DNA of 63,922 bases, the filler included, from Collodictyon triciliatum (lineage: Eukaryota), in the NCBI GenBank assembly GCA_043381765.1. It is 6 parts of 6 records of this genome, joined end to end, with 100 filler letters (N's around TTAATTAATTAA, not from the genome) between each part and the next. Parts side by side here need not be neighbours in the genome. Positions count along the whole stretch, not along the records: positions 17,268 to 30,442 come from JBHJMP010002033.1; positions 30,543 to 43,717 come from JBHJMP010002034.1; 4 more parts are not named here. The stretch is one strand, 5' to 3'. Both the position numbers and the translations under genes were made by a program. Below are positions 23,785 through 35,956 of this stretch, piece by piece. Positions within the stretch are counted from its first letter, which is position 1; the number at the start of each line of letters is the position of its first letter. The notes beneath the pieces were generated by a model. It worked only from the letters and a program-made list of their open reading frames with translations. It was not told where the DNA came from and did no database searches.

Positions 23785-24771
23785 ATGGTGAGTTTTCCAT
23801 ATCCTGAAACCCCCTCCCTCTTCACTGTCGCTACTCTGCCCATTTCTGACTTTTGGCACATTCCAGCCGAAGGAAACCAAGCCAAAGGCTGCCAAGGTCG
23901 TCAAGGCCGCTGCTGCCGCTGCTGCTCCCTACCCCAAGGCTGTCGCCAAGAAGGTGAAGCTCACACCCAACCTCTTCGAGTCCCGCAAGCGCAACCATGG
24001 CATCGGCCAAAGCATCCAGCCCAAGCGCGACATGACCCGCTACGTCAAGTGGCCCGAATATGTCCGCCTGCAGCGCCAGCGCCGTGTTCTCTACCAGCGC
24101 CTCAAAGTCCCTCCAGCAATCAATCAGTTCACCAAGACTGCCGACAAGAATCTGGGTAATACTTTCTACATATGCGTTCACAGCAGCAACTACCTCTGAG
24201 GCCATGCGCTCAGAAGCTAACCGTTTCGTCCGAACCAACTATAGCCACCAACCTCTTCAAGCTCTTGGCCAAGTACAAGCCTGAGGACAAGGCCCAGAAG
24301 AAGGAGCGCTTGCTGAAGCTCGCCCAGCTTAAGGCTGACAAGAAGGAGGCCCCCAAGACCTCCAAGCCATTCAACCTTAAGTACGGTATCAACCACATCA
24401 CAGACCTCATTGAGCAGAAGAAGGCCAAGCTCGTCGTCATTGCCCACGATGTCGACCCCATCGAGATTGTCGTCTGGCTCCCGGCTCTCTGCCACCGCCT
24501 GGACGTTCCCTACGTCATCGTCAAGAGTAAGTCCCGCCTTGGCCAGCTTGTCCATAAGAAGACTGCCACTGCCGTCGCCCTCGTGGACATCCGCGACGAG
24601 CACCGCCATGAGCTCGAGCAGCTTGTCCAGTCTGCCAAACTCAACTTCAACGACCGCTACGAGGAGAACCGCAAGCACTGGGGCGGTGGTGTCATGGGAT
24701 TCAAGTCCCGCCAGGCCACCCTGAAGCTGCAGCGCGCCATTGCCCGCGAGGAAGCTCAACGCAACAAATAA
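23785..24771 (+). CDS. RPL7A: 60S ribosomal protein L7a (eL8)
   Basis: Exons 23785-23787, 23867-24155, 24245-24771. Motifs [39 protein letters not shown] and [16 protein letters not shown]. Strong C-ending codon bias. Confidence 0.97.
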
Positions 24772-24805
24772 ATCCGACGAGGTTAGTTCCTCACCCGTAC
24801 GCCCT

Positions 24806-24871
24806 AGTGCTAGTGCTAGTGCTTGTGCTTGTGCTTGTGCTTGTGCTTGTGCTTGTGCTTGTACTTGTGCT
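24806..24871. repeat. (TGCTTG)n hexamer repeat
   Basis: Direct observation. Confidence 0.9.
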
Positions 24872-26435
24872 TCCTCTCTGGTCTCATGCCTATCCCGCCC
24901 CCAGACATGGGGCATGGGGCTGCGTCCGACTGCACCAGTTCGAAGCCAAGCCTGCGTGGCTGGGAGGTATGGTGCAAGAAATTCGGTGGTTTTTATTGGA
25001 GGTTTTGGATCAAAGCCCGGATCTGGTCAGGAATGAGTCACTGCGTGTGATTCCTTCGCAAACACAGCGCCCCCCATGTTTCTTTTTTCTTGGTGAGAAA
25101 CCTTGCTAAGGATGTGCCTGTGTTTCTTTTGCTCTACTGAAGTCAAGCCTGTCTTCTTCTAGGTCGATCATTCTTGTCCCTTCCACACCAGCTTTGGCTT
25201 CAGAATGCCGAATAAGACACATGGTCAAGTCGAAATGGATGTTTTCTCGTCAGAGGGATCGGGTGAGTTAGTCTCTTACGCAGAAGTGCACCGCTTTTTT
25301 TTTTTTTTTATACTTGCGTTCATCTGTAGCTAATTTATGAAAACAGAGGGGAACTTTTTGTCGTCTTATCGTCCTTTTATTTTTTCTCTTTTAAAAATAT
25401 CCTAGAAAAGGAAAGACATAGCAGCTGAATGAACACTAATTCATTTCGCCCGCTGTTGGTGTGTTCCCTTTATTTCCCCTTCCGCACCCCCCTCATTTTT
25501 TTTCTTTTGGGTTGCAAACCAAAATCTTTACCGTCTTCTCACCTATTTTATCATTCTTTTTTCACCACGATTTTTTTATTTTATTTGTGTTGTTTTTGAA
25601 TTACTGCCAAAGGGCAAGGATCTGTGATCCCCATTCTATGGCTATAATATCCGAATTAACTTGTAAAAACAAAAAACAAAAAACAAAAAACAAAAAACAA
25701 AAAACAAAAAACAAAAANNNNNNNNNNNNNNNNNNNNNNNNNNNNNNNNNNNNNNNNNNNNNNNNNNNNNNNNNNNNNNNNNNNNNNNNNNNNNNNNNNN
25801 NNNNNNNNNNNNNNNNNNNNNNNNNNNNNNNNNNNNNNNNNNNNNNNNNNNNNNNNNNNNNNNNNNNNNNNNNNNNNNNNNNNNNNNNNNNNNNNNNNNN
25901 NNNNNNNNNNNNNNNNNNNNNNNNNNNNNNNNNNNNNNNNNNNNNNNNNNNNNNNNNNNNNNNNNNNNNNNNNNNNNNNNNNNNNNNNNNNNNNNNNNNN
26001 NNNNNNNNNNNNNNNNNNNNNNNNNNNNNNNNNNNNNNNNNNNNNNNNNNNNNNNNNNNNNNNNNNNNNNNNNNNNNNNNNNNNNNNNNNNNNNNNNNNN
26101 NNNNNNNNNNNNNNNNNNNNNNNNNNNNNNNNNNNNNNNNNNNNNNNNNNNNNNNNNNNNNNNNNNNNNNNNNNNNNNNNNNNNNNNNNNNNNNNNNNNN
26201 NNNNNNNNNNNNNNNNNNNNNNNNNNNNNNNNNNNNNNNNNNNNNNNNNNNNNNNNNNNNNNNNNNNNNAAATTTTTTTTTCGTCTTCGAGTTTCGTCAT
26301 AGACACGATGGCTTATCGACATAATTGTCAAGTGAACAGAAGATGAATCAGCAAATCTTGCGGGCACCCATGCAGTTGTTTCGAAAGCAGGCTTGAGTGC
26401 TTCTCACACAGAGCTTACCTTGTTTCATCTTTTTT

Positions 26436-26439
<4 letters not shown>

Positions 26440-26527
<88 letters not shown>
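26440..26527. repeat. (CT)n microsatellite
   Basis: Direct observation. Confidence 0.95.
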
Positions 26528-26531
<4 letters not shown>

Positions 26532-26748
26532 CTATGAGTATTTTTTTTTCCTTTATTCAATTCAAAGTGTAGCGAGGTTAACCTCTCTATGAGTATTGGA
26601 TTGTTATATGTAATACCAAACAACGCAGAGGTGAGTTTCCACGCCTGAAAGAAACACAAAGAGGAAAGAAAAATAGAGAAAAAAAATATAAAGCGTGTCT
26701 TTTCGTCCCACTCGCAGATAATCACCCAAGCCAACCAAAATCGAACCA

Positions 26749-27256
26749 ATGGCCTCCACTCTTGCCTCCCGCATTGCCACGGCCCTTTCCACCAACGCCG
26801 GCCGCCGCGCTCAATATGATCTCTACAACGAGTTCTACACCTTGCCCCCAGCTGCCCGCGTGGCCATCCGAAACGAGGTCTTCTTTTTTTCTTTCTTCTC
26901 TCTCATTTTTTTTTTAATTGTCGCTGAATCTCTCAAAGCCAGTCATGAATAATCAGCTCCAGAAGAGAAGGCGACCTCCTAGTATTGATGCTCTCCTTCT
27001 TCCTGCACACGCACCTATTCTCCGCCTCTCCAACCTCAAGGGCTTAATTGTCGAAACTCGCACACAGATCCGCAGCAAGCTGCCCCAGGACCTCGTCCAA
27101 GGCATCGAGAAGGAAATGGCCCGCCCGAAAAACAACCCGGCCATCCACCTTGTCGTCGGCTCCGTCCTCGGGCTCGTTGTTGCCCAGTCCTGGGCTCAGT
27201 TCCACACCAACTACACAAAGAACGTAGAGGAGTACTACAAGAATCTCGACAAGTAA
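26749..27256 (+). CDS. Small mitochondrial single-TM protein, probable COX5c/COX6C/Cox9-family cytochrome c oxidase subunit with N-terminal extension
   Basis: Exons 26749-26877 and 27041-27256. Presequence-like MASTLASRIATALSTNAGRR. C-terminus HLVVGSVLGLVVAQSWAQFHTNYTKNVEEYYKNL fits the GxxLGL...W..H.......(F/Y)Y pattern. High-expression codon bias. Confidence 0.55.
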
Positions 27257-28126
27257 GAACCCGGCCTTCGAGAACCGCCCCCCTTTGCAGCACAAGAGTC
27301 AAACTCCGGCCAATCCTGTGAGCACACGGCCGCCCTTCTACTCCTTCTTGTTTGCCGATTTTGTTGTTGTTGCTGCTGCTATCCTCTTTCTCTCTGATTC
27401 AACCTCTTCTTTTTGTCCTTTGCCTTCCTCTCTGTCCTTCCCGACTGCCCAGACTGTATGATCCCGCTCGTCAGCAGAGTCTTTCCAGCCGCGCACTCTC
27501 GAAGCCGCCTGTTGGGAAATAAAGCAAGGGCCGGAGAGGGACTTCTGCTGGACTTGTGCGTCTTGAGTCTAAGCCCTGGTCAGGAAAGAGCAATGGGAGA
27601 CCTGCTCGATAGAGGGCAGCATCATTCCTGTCTGATTGACTGGTTCGAGAAGGACGAGACTCTTGCGACTCGGAGGCTGTTCTGTCCGAAAGTCCGGGCG
27701 GGAAAGAAGGTCGGGCTTTGTTGTCTTTGGGTGTCCAGAATCACGGCGGAAGCTGGTGCAATACACTGGGTGGCTTTATTTGCTCTTTGATCGTCCTCGA
27801 GTGCTCTTCTTTGTTGTGCGTTTGGCCGGTTTCTACAGGGGTTTGTGTTTCGACTCAATAACCCTGGACGAGTGTTTTTGTTCGCACAGTGCGTTATAAT
27901 GATAGGATTAAGCTGGAAAAATATGAGAAAAAAAGAAAAATGGGTTGTGACTGCTTCTTTCTTTTTCTTTTTCTTCTCTTTACGAATGCCAAATCTTGCT
28001 TATTTGAAGAAAGATGAGAGATGAAGTCCAAAAATACTTTTGTAAAAATAAATGAAAGTAATGACGAAAGAAAATATGAAGGATTGTTACGAATATCCAA
28101 CTACAATGACGATAGCGTGATGGAAG

Positions 28127-29478
28127 TTAGAGTACCGATTTTTTCTCTGAGGCTTTCGGGACGGCCCTTGATTTCTTTGCCGCAGTCTTACCTGTGGCAG
28201 AGTCTGCTGTTTTTGTCTTGCGCTTTCCTTTTGCACTTTTCCCGCCTTCTCCATCCTCTTCTTTGACTCCATCCTTGGAATCATGTCCTTTCTTGGCATC
28301 CTCTTTGTCTTCATCTTAATAGAAAATAATTTGATTTTTATGTTAACAAGAAGGCTCATGTAACATGCTGCTTTGTGTGAGATTTTGAGATGAGTAGAAA
28401 TCTTGTGAATGTTTATAAAGCCACCACCGTGGTCATCCTCGTCGATGTAACGAAGGTCGTCAATATTGCCTGTGGTATGTGGTTCATTTTAGCTAACTTA
28501 AGGAATAGAATAACAATTAAAAAATCGGATACAGAAATGTATATGATTGCTCTAATGCTATTTTTTTTTTAAAAAAAAAGGGAAGGAAAAAAACCCTCTT
28601 CGACAGCCTCTGCATCATATATATTGGCTATGAGTTTGGTGTCGATGTAATCGTTTATGACCTATTAATATGATTTATTGTTCGATTCAAGAGTGATTAT
28701 CCAATGCCGAGAGCAAGATCGGGTCAAAAAAAGAAAAGTGAAAAGTACCCCTTCTACTCGAGCTTCATCTCCTACCACATTGACAACGAAAAAGGTATTC
28801 GATGGGCAGCAGACACCTCTGAAGATATACCCTATCCATGAACAGATTGTTGATAATTTTTTTATTTTTTAAAAAAAAAAAAACATCAATTCCGTAACTT
28901 CATATATTATATGCGTTGTGGACACTTTGAATCGAATAAAGGAAAAAAAAAATATGCGTTGTGGACTATTTAATGGTCTTTTCATTACAAATGATGAAAT
29001 CAATCCAAAAGAAAAAAAACAAGGAAATTTCAGTGCGGATCTTCCGCCTTTGATAATTTAGTAGCTCAGCCTCGACTTCAAGAGTGGCATACCTTTGACA
29101 TCCATAATAAGTGTGTTTTCCTCTCGCCTGACTCGTCCAACTGTCCCGATGTCACTCCTATAATTCACAAATAAGGAATTATTGGAATGACGGAATATCG
29201 ATATCAATATCAATATCAATATCAAATGCAATAATAATAATAAGAATAAGAATAATAAGAGTTCTATTTTGCGGGGTCAGACCCAAAGAACAACTCAAAT
29301 AACTTGGTGTCAACGATCTGACGAGAGGTAAATTACATACAGGAAAATAGCTAGAAATGCATTTTGCTCACTCTAATTCGATGTCCTGCTGGGGGCATTC
29401 AAGGAGTCCCGACTTTCGGTCGACGTTGGGGGGAAGCATGAGCTTCAGAGTTGTTTGCAACGATTTTGGGGGTTTCAT
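28127..29478 (-). CDS. BIN4: BIN4/MIDGET-like DNA topoisomerase VI accessory subunit (both ends uncertain)
   Basis: Six spliced exons give LKLMLPPNVDRKSGLLECPQQDIELESDIGTVGRVRREENTLIMDVKGYIFRGVCCPSNTFFVVNVVGDEARVEGVINDYIDTKLIANIYDAEAVEEG plus an acidic then Lys-rich tail. This matches the plant BIN4 core as I recall it (VECEGDSIDLSGDMGAVGR...LDLKG...PSRTFCVV...EAKIEAIMNDFIQ...NVYEAETMVEG). Not seen by the ORF track. Confidence 0.75.
28909..28966 (+). mobile_element. Micro-insertion family A copy 1 with 15-bp TSD
   Basis: ATATGCGTTGTGGAC (28909-28923) + ACTTTGAATCGAATAAAGG-A9 + ATATGCGTTGTGGAC (28952-28966). Confidence 0.8.
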
Positions 29479-29807
29479 GGAGGCTCGAAAAAATTCTTTA
29501 AAAAAAAAAAGAAGAAACGAGATCATAGAGGGAAACATTAAGTAATGTTGCTTATTCTTTTTTGCTTATTCTTTTTTGCTTATTCTTTTTTGCTTATTTT
29601 TTTATTTTCGAGTTTTGTTTTATTCTTTCACTTCTAGTTTGCATTATTCTTTTTCTTTTAATTTGTTTTATTGATTATGTCGTTTTATTTTTGCACGGTA
29701 TATACAGAAATTAAGAAATCGAAATTTCACCGAAGATTTTTGAAATTTTGAAAGCCTTTGTGGAAAATATGAGAATATTATACCATGCAACAATAGTAGG
29801 TCGAGTG

Positions 29808-29874
29808 AAAGTAATATCTAGCAAAGTCTAACTTTGAATCGAATAAAGGAAAAAGTAATATCTAGCAAAGTCTA
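29808..29874 (+). mobile_element. Micro-insertion family A copy 2 with 20-23-bp TSD
   Basis: AAAGTAATATCTAGCAAAGTCTA (29808-29830) + ACTTTGAATCGAATAAAGGAA + the same 23-mer (29852-29874). Confidence 0.8.
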
Positions 29875-30442
29875 TCTAAAGTTTGTGTTTCTTAGAGACC
29901 TTCTGTCAAGTGTAATATCTTCCTCCCCTCTCGATTCCAAAGACAAGAGAAGGCCCATAATAAAATTGATGCAACACAAACGCAATAAAAAAAAAAAAAG
30001 AACAAATCTTCTGTCACAAAATAAGTTGCATATAGACAGAACTATCTATATATAGTGTGTTACAATCTGAATATATTTCTGTTCAGGGCAATACTTTCAT
30101 GATGAAAAGTAGTAGCTGGGTGAGATACAATTGCTATTTCAGATATATATTGTACAAGTATGCAGGTGGTATAGATGCGACTTCGACATACATCTTTTGT
30201 CGACATATATACATCTGTTTCTAAAAAGCTAAATTATTCGTGCGCACTGAAGCCGAAAATAAAAACCAAATCAAAATAGTGACAATTGGTCGATGATTAA
30301 AATTTATATTCGCAACAAAGTTGCAAGTTTTCTTAAAAATACTTTATCTTCTGAATTTAATCTTCATCATTAAGAACGACTATTTTTCTCTTCACAGGGT
30401 TTTTTGTAGACATCGATATAACGGAGTGTTTGAACAGGGCTG

Positions 30443-30542
30443 NNNNNNNNNNNNNNNNNNNNNNNNNNNNNNNNNNNNNNNNNNNNTTAATTAATTAANN
30501 NNNNNNNNNNNNNNNNNNNNNNNNNNNNNNNNNNNNNNNNNN
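30443..30542. other. Artificial scaffold linker
   Basis: N44-TTAATTAATTAA-N44. Confidence 0.97.
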
Positions 30543-30660
30543 AAAAAAAAAAGTGACCACACAGGAAGAAACAACCAATATTTTTTTATTTCCCCCCCCC
30601 CCCCCCCCCCCCCAACTTAGTTGCAGTATTCGGTTTTCGAAATTTGACTGTCGTTCTTAC

Positions 30661-32326
30661 AAAGATGCTCCCGTCACCAGGAATGTCGCTTGGATCTACT
30701 GTTAGCCGTTCGATGACAATATGACACGCAGGATTTGGACACCGAAAGAATGTCGGGTCATTTTCAATTAACGCATTCAACGCGGAACTTATGAATGAGT
30801 CAAAATCGGCCGGAAGCAGGAAAGTCTTTGAAAGGTTACATAAGCTAGGTTCCACAGACAGGAAGGAACCAAATAAAGGGGAATAAAGTACTACAAAAAG
30901 TAAACTATGAAATAAAGATAGAGGGGTAATTTGGTTGTACAAACTTGTAAGTCATTATGGTCGATTGCTACCGAGCAGCATGAGAGAGGACAGCAGATAT
31001 TGCGGACATTTCCACGTTTCATCACCTCGCGAGAGTATGTTCTGAGGCACGAATAGCAAAAGCAGTGGCAGCATTTCTATGTAAAGAAAATGATATCGTT
31101 TTCGAGTCAGTCAAAAAATGGACATCTTGTGGAAAGAAAAAATAAAAGAGTATTTACATGTGAAATTACATGTTGTTTACTGCAAATGAAATACCTCGAG
31201 TCGGAATACGTCTGCAAGTTTACGCTTTCGATGGCACATCATACACATCATAGAACGCTGCATCACCCCTCGATGTTGTCTGACAATCACATGAACAATT
31301 AAAAAAAAAAAAAAGAAGGAAAGTGAGAGAGAGAGGCTGAATAGAGATATGAAGCGAATATATAGAGCGAATGGTTCAAAAAGTAAAATGAAATAAAGAA
31401 AGACATATAGCGGGAATACTCCAAGTGAACCAAAATAGAACACCTTTCATTTTCACCGCGTCTCATTTTCCCCAAATGCATTTCGTAATCCACTGGGCAG
31501 AATTGTGGCGATGACTTCTTAATAGAGGGTGATACCACTGCGACCTATTGCATACCTTTTGTAATTCGTAGTTGTATGGCGACTTGACCAATATATTGGT
31601 CATCAACCACCATTTTTCGATGAAATATATTACAAATACAAAAGAGGCAAAAATGATGCATTTGTGTCTATGGTATCTCCGAGAAGAAAAATTTTTTTGA
31701 GCTGAGCATACTTTGTTTGATTTCTCTGAGGGGATGGGTTCTCTTGAGGGCGGAGTCTTCGTCTTAACCGCATCTTTGGCCCGTACAAATGACAGAGAAA
31801 GATCGCCTGATGGCGGAGTCGGGCGAGAACCAGCGGGTTTGGCTTCGTTGGAGGCTTCCAGAATGCGATGGACTGTGCGTGGTGTTAAAAGTCCTGACGT
31901 AATCGCCTCTGTGAGAACATCCTCGACTTCGCCTTCGCCAGAGGAGAAAATGGGAAGAGATATCTTCAAAGGCGGCCGAGCTGCTTTGGACCCAGTTTGG
32001 TTGAGCAGGCGCGGTAGAAAAGCTTCAAATGTTAGGTAGAATGAATAGACAAAGCAACACTTAGTCGAATGCAGCCATCAGTCTACTTTGTAAGTCACAG
32101 GCGGATAGATCAATATGCTTGGACAGAAAATTGTTGGGTGAAGATATGAAGCAACACATAATTATTTTCTTTTTCGTGGTTCAGAGAGAACTCCCCCCAA
32201 CCAATATGAGAAGGTCTCGCATACACAGATAAAGGTTGTTTGCACCAAGAAATGGAATATGAGAGTTTGATGAGTTGAAAAAGGGTTGTTTTTTTTTTTT
32301 AGTTGATTACCTTCCGCCTCGTTCAT
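30661..32326 (-). CDS. RBR (RING-between-RING) E3 ubiquitin ligase, 3'-partial
   Basis: ATG at 32326. RING1 CMMC...KCCHCFCYSC...CCPLSCC, then IBR start FFRCPNPACHIVIE. Truncated at the scaffold edge. Confidence 0.75.
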
Positions 32327-32534
32327 CAGCGGATTTCTACGCAAAGTCTCTCCTTCGTCTGGCTTAATTGATGCTGTTTTCCTTCCTGTTTTTTTTTCTT
32401 CTTTTTTCTTTGTTTTGTGTGTGTTATATATTGATTTTACTACTTTTTTCTTCTCCTTTTTCCTCTTAGCTAGCGTCAAGAGCTAGTGCTTCACGGTTGC
32501 TGCGCAAAAGAAAAGCAACGAGCAAGGCGCCGAA

Positions 32535-34664
32535 ATGGTGGACCGGATGTTGGGATCTCCTTCCTCAGGTTTCCTCTTGGCTGTGTTGTCGGCACGGGAT
32601 TAAGCTTCTTCCAGAAATGTACCAACGGTATTCAGCCAACTTTAGGCTCAAGAATCGCGACTTAATGATTCATGGTTTTTGATTTTGGACTTGCGACACA
32701 CAATTTTGGACTTACGACTTAAAATCATTGGGGGCTATTGCGGCGAAGAAAATATTGCTGGCCTTTTGGGTCGCGTTCTGCACACAACCAACACAACATA
32801 ACATAACGCAACGTCTCATTTTGTCTTTTATTTCATTTTTTTTATTCTTACTTTCAATTTGTGTCTCTTGCTTTTTTTTTAAAGCTGAGTTTCTTCCTTT
32901 TTTTTTCCCTTATAGTTTTGTTTTCTAGCTGGAGCCGAGAACCAATCAATCTTCAGGCAGTGATTAGAAATAATAAACACCGCCTCTGTGTAGTAATGAC
33001 CGGATCGAACCAGGAGCAGATCGTGAGTTTCACAGAGTTTTCGGAATGGATGTCCAGCACAGAAATGTGGATGCGTTTTACCTTGGAAGAATACTGTGAT
33101 GCAAACGTAAAGTACTTCAGCCTTGTGTTGGTACTCGATCCAGGGGCAAAAGAGCCGTACAAGGTTGTGTTTTTNNNNNNNNNNNNNNNNNNNNNNNNNN
33201 NNNNNNNNNNNNNNNNNNNNNNNNNNNNNNNNNNNNNNNNNNNNNNNNNNNNNNNNNNNNNNNNNNNNNNNNNNNNNNNNNNNNNNNNNNNNNNNNNNNN
33301 NNNNNNNNNNNNNNNNNNNNNNNNNNNNNNNNNNNNNNNNNNNNNNNNNNNNNNNNNNNNNNNNNNNNNNNNNNNNNNNNNNNNNNNNNNNNNNNNNNNN
33401 NNNNNNNNNNNNNNNNNNNNNNNNNNNNNNNNNNNNNNNNNNNNNNNNNNNNNNNNNNNNNNNNNNNNNNNNNNNNNNNNNNNNNNNNNNNNNNNNNNNN
33501 NNNNNNNNNNNNNNNNNNNNNNNNNNNNNNNNNNNNNNNNNNNNNNNNNNNNNNNNNNNNNNNNNNNNNNNNNNNNNNNNNNNNNNNNNNNNNNNNNNNN
33601 NNNNNNNNNNNNNNNNNNNNNNNNNNNNNNNNNNNNNNNNNNNNNNNNNNNNNNNNNNNNNNNNNNNNNNNNNNNNNNNNNNNNNNNNNNNNNNNNNNNN
33701 NNNNNNNNNNNNNNNNNNNNNNNNNNNNNNNNNNNNNNNNNNNNNNNNNNNNNATTCATCTTAATTCAGATTTGGCTGTTCAATGATTAAACATCGAACA
33801 TAATATTTCCTAATTATTTTGGCATTAGCCAACCATCTACATCAAATCTCCAGTTCGTTTTGAACTTTTCAAGTACCTAAGGATTCTATGGAAGACAGAT
33901 TATATGACTAGTTTTCAGAGGGTACTTAAATATCCGATAAGTAAATACATCGGTATAATATAATTCACTGACAAAAAAAAATATAATGATTAATTTAGAA
34001 CCGAAAGGTTTATTTGAGTCTTTGATGATTATAAAGAATCACGACTTAAAGAAAAAAACATTTCAAAGGTTGGATATTTCCCTATTAGTGTGGAAAAGGT
34101 AGGATTGCCTGAAACGCTGCAACCATTTGCAATTATGGAAGAGAACATCATACCAACTCCATCGTATGGTTTAATATCATTAATAGGCCAGTCTGTCCAT
34201 TATTTATGAGATCTAATCCATATTTTCTGAGCTCCTTATTTTTCCTCGTAAAATGTTTGCCCCTTTGCTCAATAATTCTAGCAAACAATGAAGGGAACTA
34301 AATGCTTACATTTAGGACAAAGATAAGTAACTGTGGGAATTATCAATTTTTGGTGGAAAAGTCATTTGAGCCAGAAGAAAACATGGACATGGAGACGGAA
34401 TTGTTGAGATACAGACATGACATTCAGAAGATTTATCACCATCCAGGTTCTGATTTCGTTTGCAAAATTTTCAACGATTGTATGAACTCGTATTCTTGAT
34501 TCAAAATAGCTTGTTGATATGATTGCACTGAAAGAAAAATGTTATTTCTTGACCCGAGGAATTTTGATATTCATTTTTGCCATTCATCCTAATCAGAGGG
34601 GCAGAAGCTTGAAGTTCTGATTCAAATTCCTCATAAGGTAATAAACATTACCTTTTTTTTTGTT

Positions 34665-34747
<83 letters not shown>

Positions 34748-35915
34748 GGGTCAATTTTAAGAGAATCAAATATTAGTTTTATTTGTTTGGAATGATTGCT
34801 TATCGGTATCCAAGTTTCTATTCGTTCAAAGAAGCTACTTTATATTATATTTTTGTTAAGATTATTAATAATTGGTATGTATTCTGCAGATCTTGAAGAA
34901 AGGTTCTCGGAGAGATGCATATGCCCTTCAAGTAATATCCGAAAAGCTAGCGCACGAAGAGATAGTTTGTCGTTAATTTCTTCCAAGATTAATTTTCTAT
35001 TTATCTCAATCGATATTTTGTATTTGCTTCCACATTTGCAAAACATCATCGTCATCATCGTCATCATCGCCATCATCATAATCATCATAATGATAACAAC
35101 TTTAGGGGAGTGACCCTGGGTTGATCATATTTTCAGATATCTACACAAAGAAGAATAATGTTTCTGGGGACGTTGCGAGCTGGAGATGTCACCAGGTCAA
35201 TAAACATACTAACATTAGAACTGCTGTCAGATGTACCTCGAGTATAAAATCAAGTATTGATTTTTCTTCTAAAAAAGATACATTTGAGAACATTGCGTCA
35301 TGACTACGGAGTAATGCTAGTGAGAAGGAAATGTATGTAACAATCATAATTATGCAACAGAGAAAATTGTTCTTCCCAATCATGCCAAACAAACTGAAAA
35401 GAAACGAAAAAAATGCAACAGAGAAAATTCAACGACAAAGCTATTCTGACATATTCATGTCATATAGATATCCCCCCCTTCGGTGATATAACCCAAGATA
35501 TATCATTTGTACTTAAGAAAACAAGAACTGATGAGCCGATGCAAACAGGTGATATCTTTACACATGCAAGAATAATATACTCAAAAAATGCAGGGTCTAT
35601 TATGTCCAATAAAGCTAGAAAAAGGAAATTTAAGACAATTCAATTGTACAGATACTTTCATGAAGCCTCTCAGGCGAATAGTTGACAGGTGCTCTTCATA
35701 TTACTTATTTTTTTAAAAAATAATTCGAGATTGTAACTAAATATGCCTCCCTATCTTTTTTTCTCCCTTATTTCTGGCTAGTGCTAATTTAAGGTTTTCT
35801 AATACGTATTTAAGTATAACACCAAATCAACAATCTTTCTTCTTTGATGAGGATGTCATCCAAACGAGAGTTACAGGTTTAAAGTAAGTTTTAAATAATG
35901 AATGATGATTCCTTA

Positions 35916-35956
<41 letters not shown>

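Noticed and set aside
24217-24915. Long antisense or overlapping ORFs over RPL7A and OSTC (39443, 39501, 39569)
   Set aside because: They are shadows of GC-rich codon bias with no recognisable motifs.
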